The translations under genes and the position numbers were made by a program. Under the pieces are notes generated by a model. The model did no database searches. It was not told the origin of the DNA and worked only from the letters and a program-made list of their open reading frames with translations. From Eledone cirrhosa (taxonomy: Eukaryota): DNA of 64,000 nucleotides. The stretch spans positions 207,514,001-207,578,000 of the forward strand of contig OZ024743.1 in NCBI GenBank assembly GCA_964016885.1, in the 5' to 3' direction. Positions 53,601-64,000 of the stretch are shown here, one piece after another. Position 1 is the stretch's first letter. The number at the start of each line of letters is the position of its first letter.

Positions 53601-56600
53601 CTTCTAGTACACTAAAACTGTCTTGTCTGCCATTAGGGGATGTTATAAGGAACTAGACACTTCTAGTACACTAAAACTGTCTTGTCTGCCATTAGGGTAT
53701 GTTATAAGGAACTAGACACTTCTAGTACACTAAAACTGTCTTGTCTGCCATTAGGGTATGTTATAAGGAACTAGACACTTCTAGTACACTAAAACTGTCT
53801 TGTCTGCTATTAGGGTATGTTATAAGGAACTAGACACTTCTAGTACACTAAAACTGTCTTGTCTGCCATTAGGGGATGTTATAAGGAACTAGACACTTCT
53901 AGTACACTAAAACTGTCTTGTCTGCCATTAGGGTATGTTATAAGGAACTAGACACTTCTAGTACACTAAAACTGTCTTGTCTGCCATTAGGGGATGTTAT
54001 AAGGAACTAGACACTTCTAGTACACTAAAACTGTCTTGTCTGCCATTAGGGTATGTTATAAGGAACTAGACACTTCTAGTACACTAAAACTGTCTTGTCT
54101 GCCATTAGGGGATGTTATAAGGAACTAGACACTTCTAGTACACTAAAACTGTCTTGTCTGCCATTAGGGTATGTTATAAGGAACTAGACACTTTTAGTAC
54201 ACTAAAACTGTCTTGTCTGCCATTAGGGTATGTTATAAGGAACTAGACACTTCTAGTACACTAAAACTGTCTTGTCTGCTATTAGGGTATGTTATAAGGA
54301 ACTAGACACTTCTAGTACACTAAAACTGTCTTGTCTGCCATTAGGGGATGTTATAAGGAACTAGACACTTCTAGTACACTAAAACTGTCTTGTCTGCCAT
54401 TAGGGGATGTTATAAGGAACTAGACACTTCGAGTACACTAAAACGGTCTTGTCTGCCATTAGGGGATGTTATAAGGAACTAGACACTTCTAGTACACTAA
54501 AACTGTCTTGTCTGCCATTAGGGTATGTTATAAGGAACTAGACACTTCTAGTACACTAAAACTGTCTTGTCTGCCATTAGGGTATGTTATAAGGAACTAG
54601 ACACTTCTAGTACACTAAAACTATCTTGTCTGCCATTAGGGTATGTTATAAGGAACTAGACACTTCTAGTACACTAAAACTGTCTTGTCTGCCATTAGGG
54701 TATGTTATAAGGGACTAGACACTTCTAGTACACTAAAACTGTCTTGTCTGCCATTAGGGTATGTTATAAGGAACTAGACACTTCTAGTACACTAAAACTG
54801 TCTTGTCTGCCATTAGGGGATGTTATAAGGAACTAGACACTTCTAGTACACTAAAACTGTCTTGTCTGCCATTAGGGTATGTTATAAGGAACTAGACACT
54901 TCTAGTACACTAAAACTGTCTTGTCTGCCATTAGGGGATGTTATAAGGAACTAGACACTTCTAGTACACTAAAACTGTCTTGTCTGCCATTAGGGTATGT
55001 TATAAGGAACTAGACACTTCTAGTACACTAAAACTGTCTTGTCTGCCATTAGGGTATGTTATAAGGAACTAGACACTTCTAGTACACTAAAACTGTCTTG
55101 TCTGCCATTAGGGTATGTTATAAGGAACTAGACACTTCTAGTACACTAAAACTGTCTTGTCTGCTATTAGGGTATGTTATAATGAACTAGACACTTCTAG
55201 TACACTAAAACTGTCTTGTCTGCCATTAGGGTATGTTATAAGGAACTAGACACTTCTAGTACACTAAAACTGTCTTGTCTGCCATTAGGGTATGTTATAA
55301 GGAACTAGACACTTCTAGTACACTAAAACTGTCTTGTCTGCCATTAGGGGATGTTATAAGGAACTAGACACTTCTAGTACACTAAAACTGTCTTGTCTGC
55401 CATTAGGGTATGTTATAAGGAACTAGACACTTCTAGTACACTAAAACTGTCTTGTCTGCCATTAGGGGATGTTATAAGGAACTAGACACTTCTAGTACAC
55501 TAAAACTGTCTTGTCTGCCATTAGGGTATGTTATAAGGAACTAGACACTTCTAGTACACTAAAACTGTCTTGTCTGCCATTAGGGTATGTTATAAGGAAC
55601 TAGACACTTCTAGTACACTAAAACTGTCTTGTCTGCCATTAGGGTATGTTATAAGGAACTAGACACTTCTAGTACACTAAAACTGTCTTGTCTGCTATTA
55701 GGGTATGTTATAAGGAACTAGACACTTCTAGTACACTAAAACTGTCTTGTCTGCCATTAGGGGATGTTATAAGGAACTAGACACTTCTAGTACACTAAAA
55801 CTGTCTTGTCTGCCATTAGGGGATGTTATAAGGAACTAGACACTTCTAGTACACTAAAACTGTCTTGTCTGCCATTAGGGGATGTTATAAGGAACTAGAC
55901 ACTTCTAGTACACTAAAACTGTCTTGTCTGCCATTAGGGGATGTTATAAGGAACTAGACACTTCTAGTACACTAAAACGGTCTTGTCTGCCATTAGGGGA
56001 TTTTATAAGGAACTAGACACTTCTAGTACACTAAAACTGTCCTGTCTGCCATTAGGGGATGTTATAAGGAACTAGACACTTATAGTACACTAAAACTGTC
56101 TTGTCTGCCATTAGGGTATGTTATAAGGAACTAGACACTTCTAGTACACTAAAACTGTCTTGTCTGCCATTAGGGTATGTTATAAGGAACTAGACACTTC
56201 TAGTACACTAAAACTGTCTTGTCTGCCATTAGGGGATGTTATAAGGAACTAGACACTTCTAGTACACTAAAACTGTCTTGTCTGCCATTAGGGTATGTTA
56301 TAAGGAACTAGACACTTCTAGTACACTAAAACTGTCTTGTCTGCCATTAGGGTATGTTATAAGGAACTAGACACTTCTAGTACACTAAAACTGTCTTGTC
56401 TGCCATTAGGGGATGTTATAAGGAACTAGACACTTCTAGTACACTAAAACTGTCTTGTCTGCCATTAGGGTATGTTATAAGGAACTAGACACTTCTAGTA
56501 CACTAAAACTGTCTTGTCTGCCATTAGGGTATGTTATAAGGAACTAGACACTTCTAGTACACTAAAACTGTCTTGTCTGCCATTAGGGGATGTTATAAGG

Positions 56601-57902
56601 AACTAGACACTTCTAGTACACTAAAACTGTCTTGTCTGCCATTAGGGGATGTTATAAGGAACTAGACACTTCTAGTACACTAAAACTGTCTTGTCTGCCA
56701 TTAGGGTATGTTATAAGGAACTAGACACTTCTAGTACACTAAAACTGTCTTGTCTGCCATTAGGGTATGTTATAAGGAACTAGACACTTCTAGTACACTA
56801 AAACTGTCCTGTCTGCCATTAGGGGATGTTATAAGGAACTAGACACTTATAGTACACTAAAACTGTCTTGTCTGCCATTAGGGTATGTTATAAGGAACTA
56901 GACACTTCTAGTACACTAAAACTGTCTTGTCTGCCATTAGGATATGTTATAAGGAACTAGACACTTCTAGTACACTAAAACTGTCTTGTCTGCCATTAGA
57001 GGATGTTATAAGGAACTAGACACTTCTAGTACACTAAAACTGTCTTGTCTGCCATTAGGGGATGTTATAAGGAACTAGACACTTCTAGTACACTAAAACT
57101 GTCTTGTCTGCCATTAGGGGATGTTATAAGGAACTAGACACTTCTAGTACACTAAAACTGTCTTGTCTGCCATTAGGGGATGTTATAAGGAACTAGACAC
57201 TTCTAGTACACTAAAACTGTCTTGTCTGCCATTAGGGTATGTTATAAGGAACTAGACACTTCTAGTACACTAAAACTGTCTTGTCTGCCATTAGGGTATG
57301 TTATAAGGAACTAGACACTTCTAGTACACTAAAACTGTCCTGTCTGCCATTAGGGGATGTTATAAGGAACTAGACACTTATAGTACACTAAAACTGTCTT
57401 GTCTGCCATTAGGGGATGTTATAAGGAACTAGACACTTCTAGTACACTAAAACTGTCTTGTCTGCCATTAGGGTATGTTATAAGGAACTAGACACTTCTA
57501 GTACACTAAAACTGTCTTGTCTGCCATTAGGGTATGTTATAAGGAACTAGACACTTCTAGTACACTAAAACTGTCTTGTCTGCCATTAGGGTATGTTATA
57601 AGGAACTAGACACTTCTAGTACACTAAAACTGTCTTGTCTGCCATTAGGGTATGTTATAAGGAACTAGACACTTCTAGTACACTAAAACTGTCTTGTCTG
57701 CCATTAGGGTATGTTATAAGGAACTAGACACTTCTAGTACACTAAAACTGTCTTGTCTGCCATTAGGGTATGTTATAAGGAACTAGACACTTCTAGTACA
57801 CTGAAACTACCTTGTCTGCCATTAGCGGATGTTATAAGGAACTAGAAATCTCTAGTATACTAAAACTGCATCATCTGCCATTAGGGGATGTTATAAGGAA
57901 CT
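50660..57902. repeat. 59-bp satellite, about 123 copies
   Basis: Unit ACTAAAACTGTCTTGTCTGCCATTAGGG(T/G)ATGTTATAAGGAACTAGACACTTCTAGTAC; highly homogeneous, last two units diverged. Confidence 0.98.
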
Positions 57903-59099
57903 GAAGAAATCAATCAATCAATCAATACTAGAAAGAAGCATATTTTCTCTTCCTTTCAGGTCTCTTATGGCCGGAAAAAACAACAATAACAATAACAAGA
58001 ACAAATCTAAATCTAAATAGAAAAGCATTTATTAATACCGTGACTGGTTTACATTTAGCTGATCATGTTCATTTTATGAGCAACCATTTTTGAAGCACAC
58101 TGGCAGCATTTGAAAAGTGTAGGTATTAATAAAGAAAATGGCATTGTAGTTCTTTTGATTGGAAAACTGTTAATGGTCTGATTCAGCATATACTGTGAAA
58201 CATCATATTTCAATATCATTTTCTGCTGCCAAATCTGCTGTTACTGGTAATAATGATTGCATCATTAGAATACAAGACTCGGTGCAAATGGTTATGTGCT
58301 TGGCTAATTGCTTTATGATGCATAATACTGAGTTGAAGCCCTGCCAGAGTGAATTTAGAATTATCAATATGACATTAGGTTTGATTCAATTAACTAAATT
58401 CATCTAAAGTAAATTAACTGGCTATGTGTGTAGGCGATTTCTTTATCATTGAGACTTCAGCAAATTAAGCCCACAAAATGTTGAAGAAAGGCATAAGATG
58501 TGGTCGTTCGATATGCTAGAAATTGCAACTACACTTCTCTCAAACCACAATCTATAATTTTAAAAGGATACATTAGATAATGTAGTCTAAGGAGCAGGGA
58601 ATGAGATGACCTTTACTTGAACAGTTTTTGATCTTAGGTCTACTCAATCTGAGCCAGTTTGGGGATAAACAACTTAATCCTCACAATTTATAATTTCATA
58701 TCTTTTAAGGGCTATGCTTTATGTAATTAATCATCATCATGACCACTGTCAAACATTCCTAACAAAGTCTCTTCAAAATTCATGATTTTTCATTGCTCCT
58801 GGCAACTGTTCTCTATTGAGATTTGTATCATCTGACAGTTGATTGATGAAGATTCAAGCAGGTCTTCCTCTACTGCATTGTTGGTTCCCACAATAGTAGC
58901 TTGTGTTTACTTCTCCATCAATCTCCTGCAAATCATAACTGTCATTCAACAATTGTAGTTATCTTGGGCAAGTTTCCATATAAACTTTGATTTGTAATAT
59001 GTTGATGCCAGTTTGTTTTCTACAATATTGTAATGTATGCACCATGTAGGTTCTTCTCCTAATTATATGTTAATAATGTAATGTGTATGGACAATAATT

Positions 59100-59400
59100 A
59101 CCAGGTTAAGAAGTGCCAGGAAATCCCAGGGGAGAAAAGCCACAGTTGAGGTAGACTAAGAAAGACCTGGGCAGAGGTTGTGAGAGCTCATCTCAAATCA
59201 CTGAGACCCACAGAGGAGATGAAGGAACATGACGAGTGGAGAGATGCTGTGCTGTGCTTGGCATTAAAAGGGCATCCAGCAGTAGACACTAAGCCACAAA
59301 CAGTTCTGTATGAAGAAGACATGGTCATCTGACCTGATTTGCCTGAAAATGGGACAACCTATCTAACCCATGCTAGCATGAAAAAAAGACATTAAATGAC
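59100..59400 (+). mobile_element. Degenerate RTE 3' fragment
   Basis: KKCQEI..., GR..KTW remnant, GGGCATCCAGC and ACCCATGCTAGCATG terminus. Confidence 0.75.
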
Positions 59401-59680
59401 AAAAAAACAACAAAACAACCTAAAGTGCCCCAGGCCCCCAAATTCTAAATCTGGCCCTGCTAGTGTGAAAATAACCTCCTTCAAACAATAGTCTGAGAGA
59501 GATGGGTCATAAGCACCATAAACAACAGTCTGACTCAGCCATTTAAAAATAAATAGAAGTTGAAAGTTTATCACAGTGTCAGGTGACCAGGGACTCAGAT
59601 CTTACTTACAATTAGATACACAACATTCTAATTTTACTTTTCAAAGAGTTTATTGTCCATTTGAAAATCTGGGAATTTGC

Positions 59681-59682
<2 letters not shown>

Positions 59683-59756
<74 letters not shown>
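59683..59756. repeat. (GT)n microsatellite
   Basis: Direct reading. Confidence 0.98.
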
Positions 59757-59759
<3 letters not shown>

Positions 59760-60031
59760 GCTGCTTAGCGTAATGGTTAAGATGCTTAACATATAGTCAT
59801 AATGTTGATGATTCAATTCCTGGACAGGGTGCTGTGTTGTGTTCTTTATTTCATGTTGCTCCAGTACACTCGGCTGAGAATGAGTATCACCAGTAGTTGG
59901 GGAGTTAATCCTGCAAAGGGCAGGCATCCAATCCAGGGGAGGAAAGTTGTGTACTCTCAGTTGCCGCTCCACACTACAGAAACTGGGATACACACTGGCC
60001 TGATGAGCTGCCGGGCTCGAGACAGACTTTA
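59760..60031 (+). mobile_element. CORE-type SINE, single tail module
   Basis: tRNA-like head, TTTCATGTTGCTCCAGTACACTCGGCTG, tail GGCCTGATGAGCTGCCGGGCTCGAGACAGACTTT. Confidence 0.8.
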
Positions 60032-60086
60032 AATTTTGCAAGCTAATGACAGCAGAAAAAAATAAAGTAACAAATTGCATACAATA

Positions 60087-60117
<31 letters not shown>

Positions 60118-60187
60118 TATAGTGTAAGTAGTACGCTGAAATACTGGTGTTGGTACACAAATATTATTCAAAACTTCCTCGTTTTTC

Positions 60188-60221
<34 letters not shown>

Positions 60222-60223
<2 letters not shown>

Positions 60224-60320
60224 TTATCATCACCGTTTAACGTCCATTTTCCATGCTAGCATGGGTTAGACGAGTTGTCCCATTTGAAGCAAGTTGGGTC
60301 AGGTTATCGTATCTTGTTCA
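60222..60320 (-). mobile_element. RTE terminal tail fragment
   Basis: Reverse complement of the terminus at 62955-63050. Confidence 0.8.
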
Positions 60321-60402
60321 TATAACTATATATATATATACATATATGCGTGTGTGCACATATATATATATATGTATGTGTGTGTGTGTGTATATATATA
60401 TA

Positions 60403-60443
<41 letters not shown>

Positions 60444-60487
60444 TTATGTATATATATATACACACACATATGTATATATATACATAT

Positions 60488-63050
60488 AGAGGACATGACA
60501 GATGGACGGTCGTAAACACAAAAGCCTTCCCTAGTGAGGAATGTACCTCCCAACATAACTTAGTTGACAGCGACCTCACGGTCAAACTAGACGAACCTGG
60601 AAACAGAAGCCAACCTTGAGAAAAAAGATCTGGAAGCTGAAAGACCCCTCAGCCAGTAACAGATTTAAAGATATTTTACTCAACGCCTATGACAGTAAAG
60701 AAGAACAGATGGAGACATTCAATGTAGAAAAGCACTGGGAGTTCCTAAAAAATAACTTACTAAAGGCGACGGATGAGATCTGTGGCTGGAGTAAGACCAC
60801 AGGCAGGTGGAGAGTGACTTGGTGGTGGAACAATAAGGTAGATGAGCCAGTTAAGGCCAAGAGACAGACATGGAAAGAATGGAAGAACGGGGGAAGCAGT
60901 GTACATTACATAGAGACCAGGAGGGAAGCTAGGCGACAAGTATACTTAGCTAGGAAGGAAGCAGAGGATAGAAAATTCAAGCATGTTTTGCAACGTGAGG
61001 ACCAGAAACAGGAGGTGTTCAAGATTGCAAGGCAGTGTGTCAGAGAGAATTGTGATGTCATTAGAGAGAAGTGTATCCAGAATGATAAAAGTGAACTTGC
61101 CCGCACAAGTGCTGAGAAGAAAGATGCGTGGAAAAGCCATTACTAAATGAGGAGAATGCATGGGAAGAAGAGACCCTGCCCCAAGTAGACCCTATAGAGG
61201 GGCCATCAGTACAAGTTAGCAGCAGCATAGTAAGGGAATCAAAGATATGAAGACGTCCATTGGGTATAGCTGCCGAGATGCTGAAGGCATCTGGGTCTGT
61301 AGGTCACACTATAACCACACGTATTGTTAACCAGGTAATACTAGAAGGTGTCATCCCAAAGGATTGGTGCAGTAGCATCATTGTCAACTGCTACAAAGGT
61401 AAAGGTGATGCACTAGATAGAGGAAACTATAGAGGTATAAAGCTGATGGACCAGGTCATGAAAGTAGCAGAAAGAGTTATAGCACAGCTGATTAGGGACC
61501 GGGTGAAACTAGATGAGATACAATTTGGGTTGGTGCCAGGAAGAGGCACCACTGATGCCCTCTTCCTTGTGAGGCAGTTACAGGAAAAGTACCTAGCTAA
61601 AAGTAAGCCACTCTACCTGGCATTCGTTGATCTCGAGAAAGCCTTTGACAGAGTCCCCCGTGCTATAATCTGGTGGGCTCTTAGAAAACTAGGAGTAGAT
61701 GAATGGCTTGTGAAAGCTGTACAAGCCATGTATAGGGGAGCAGTCAGCAAAGTTAGGATTAGCAATGAGTATAGTGAGGAATTTAGCGTACAGGTCGGTG
61801 TCCACCAGGGCTCTGTTCTTAGCCCTCTCCTGTTCATCATAGTCTTGCAGGCAATAACGGAGGAGTTTAAAACCGGATGCCCATGGGAACTCCTGTATGC
61901 AGATGACCTTGCACTTATAGCTGAATCTATGGTAGAACTAGAGAAGAGATTCCAAACTTGGAAGCAGGGACTAGAAAGAAATGGTCTCAAAGTCAACCTG
62001 ACAAAGACTAAGGTCCTTGTAAGTAGACTAGAACTAGAGAAGAAATTCCAAACATGGAAGGAGGGACTAGAAAGAAAGAGTCTCAAAGTCAACCTGACAA
62101 AAACTAAGGTCCTTGTAAGTAGACTAGAAAACAGAACCCAGATCCCCTCAGGGAAATGGCCTTGCTCAGTATGTAGGAAAGGTGTAGGTAGGAACTCCAT
62201 TCTCTGCCCCAAATGCAAACAATGGGTACACAAGAGATGTAGTGGGATCTCCGGAACTAAGAATGTAGGCTTCACATGTAGCAGCTGCGCTGGGACAGTA
62301 AGCAGCAAACAGCCACAGGAAACAACTACCACCAAACTCTGGGAGGGCTCTGTAGAAACAGTAGACAGCTTCTGTTACCTAGGTGACCGAATTAGCAGAG
62401 GAGGTGGGTGTTCAGAAAATACAATACCTAGGGTAAGCACGGGATGGAAGAAGTTCAGGGAGCTACTGCCACTGCTAGCTGCAAAAGGCTTTTCCCTCAA
62501 AATGAAGGCAGACAGTATGATGCGTGTATCCGAACAGCAATGTTACATGGTAGTAAGACCTGGGCGCTGTCTGTGGAAGACTTGCACAGATTAGAAAGAA
62601 ATGAAGTCTGCATGTTCCGATGGATGTGTAATATTAATATACGCGAACGGCAAAGCATAAATGAATTGAGAGAGAGACTGAGCATAAGAGAAATCAAATG
62701 CTGTGTGCAGGAGAGGCAGTTGCGTTGGTATGGACATGTGACGCGTATGAAGGATGGCACCTGCATAAAAAGGTGCCCCTACACCCTCCCACTGCAAAGT
62801 GGTCGTGGAGGTGCCATGGCAAAAAAGCACCCAGCCCACACTGTAAAGTGGACGTGTAGGCGCCACAGAAAAAAAGCACCCAACACTCACTATAAATGAG
62901 GTTGGTGTTAGGAAAGGCATCCAGCTGTAGAAATCAAGCTAGAATCAGTTCCTGTATGAGCAAGACAAGGTCAGCCGACCGGACACTGCCCACAACAGGA
63001 CCAGCTGTCTAACCCATGCTAGCGTGGAAGAATGGAGGTAAAACGGTGAT
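60488..63050 (+). mobile_element. RTE-clade LINE, 5'-truncated and disabled
   Basis: End of APE domain (EECTSQH.LV..DL), TWWWN linker, RT core, zinc finger, thumb and 3' UTR; several frameshifts; flanked by (TA)n. Confidence 0.95.
61260..62770 (+). pseudogene. RTE reverse transcriptase with PHD-like finger
   Basis: YKGKGDA.D.GNYRGIKL, FVDLEKAFDRV, GVHQGSVLSPLLF, LLYADDL, FCYLG; frameshift near 62508. Confidence 0.95.
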
Positions 63051-63093
63051 ATGTACATATATATGTGTGTGTATGTATGTGCATCTATATATA

Positions 63094-63133
<40 letters not shown>

Positions 63134-63280
63134 ACATTGATAATAAAGTAGATAAACAAACAAAAAATCAAAAAATCTTTAAAAATATATTTTTGTTTTA
63201 TCGGTACAGTAGTTGCATGATAAATAACTACAACAAAACTATAAACAACAACAAATGATTGCAAAAAGCCTACAAATAAT

Positions 63281-63462
63281 TGTTTCTACTTTAGGCACAA
63301 GGCCAGCAATTACCCAGTGCATTACTGGTACTTTATTTATCGACCCCGTAAGGATGAAAGGCAAAGTCAACCTCGGCGGGATTTGAACTCAGATCGTAAA
63401 GGGACGTAATTATGCTGGAAAGCATGGCGTCCGACCCTCTACCGATACTGCCAATACACCGC
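63281..63462 (-). mobile_element. Young tRNA-derived SINE, 12-bp TSD
   Basis: About 4 differences from 22352-22535; TSD CCTACAAATAAT at 63269-63280 and 63463-63474. Confidence 0.95.
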
Positions 63463-63607
63463 CCTACAAATAATAAAACTTATTTTAAATTATTTACTTT
63501 TTCTTTTCTAGGTATATAATTTTATTTTCTGGTGCTGGAGGGGAGGTGTCTTTCATTATTCTCTGTTGTTCAGAGGAGTCTAAAAACAAATGTTTGTATA
63601 TGTAGGC

Positions 63608-64000
63608 ATATACATATATACATATACATACGTACATATACACACACACATATATACACACACATATACACACACATATACACACACATACACATACTCA
63701 TACACATACACACACACACACATACACCCACATATACACACCCACATATACGCACACATACGCACACATACATATACACACATACACTCACACACACATC
63801 TACACACATATATGCACACATACACACCCATACACACACACACACCTATACACACATATACACACACAAACACACACACTTACATACACACACTTACATA
63901 CACACACATAAACAAATTTATATGCACACATACTCACACATGCATACATATACACACACATACAGACATACACACACACACACGCTTGCACACACATACA
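63608..64000. repeat. (CA/TA)n compound microsatellite
   Basis: Direct reading. Confidence 0.95.

Noticed and set aside
50660-57902. CRISPR-like array
   Set aside because: Units are contiguous near-identical monomers with no unique spacers, no cas genes, and a eukaryotic context.
59975-60031. Hammerhead ribozyme in the CORE-SINE tail (CTGATGAG...; also 35285)
   Set aside because: The stem after CUGAUGA is followed by UCGAGA or UCAAGA rather than GAAA, and stems I and III cannot be built by eye; a covariance-model search would settle it.

Overview
AT-rich, repeat-dense animal genomic DNA, most likely an octopus or other coleoid cephalopod (inferred from the SINE/RTE families and microsatellite load, not proven). 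The only host coding sequence I can support is an 81-nt, phase 0-0 exon at 32766-32846 (+). It reads YSIWSLLWIGWNIFVICLYLEIGILSR and matches the third coding exon of NKAIN (Na+/K+-ATPase-interacting protein), so the window is probably two very large NKAIN introns. The rest is mobile and tandem DNA. Mobile elements: RTE-clade LINEs with a PHD-type zinc finger inside the RT region, an internally deleted Tx1/L1-clade LINE, a Rex3/Expander-like fragment, two tRNA-derived SINE families (several young copies with TSDs), Helitrons, and TTAA and TA MITEs. Tandem DNA includes a 7-kb 34-bp satellite and a 7.2-kb 59-bp satellite with a 34-monomer higher-order duplication. Most long ORFs in the track are translations of simple repeats. 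Strongest leads: about 200 sense-strand 5' splice-site consensus motifs in the 34-bp satellite, a shared 3' tail between the Tx1-like LINE and the young SINE, minisatellites grown from SINE Pol III promoter segments, and the PHD finger plus in-frame duplication in the RTE RT. No prokaryotic-type system (CRISPR etc.) is supported.
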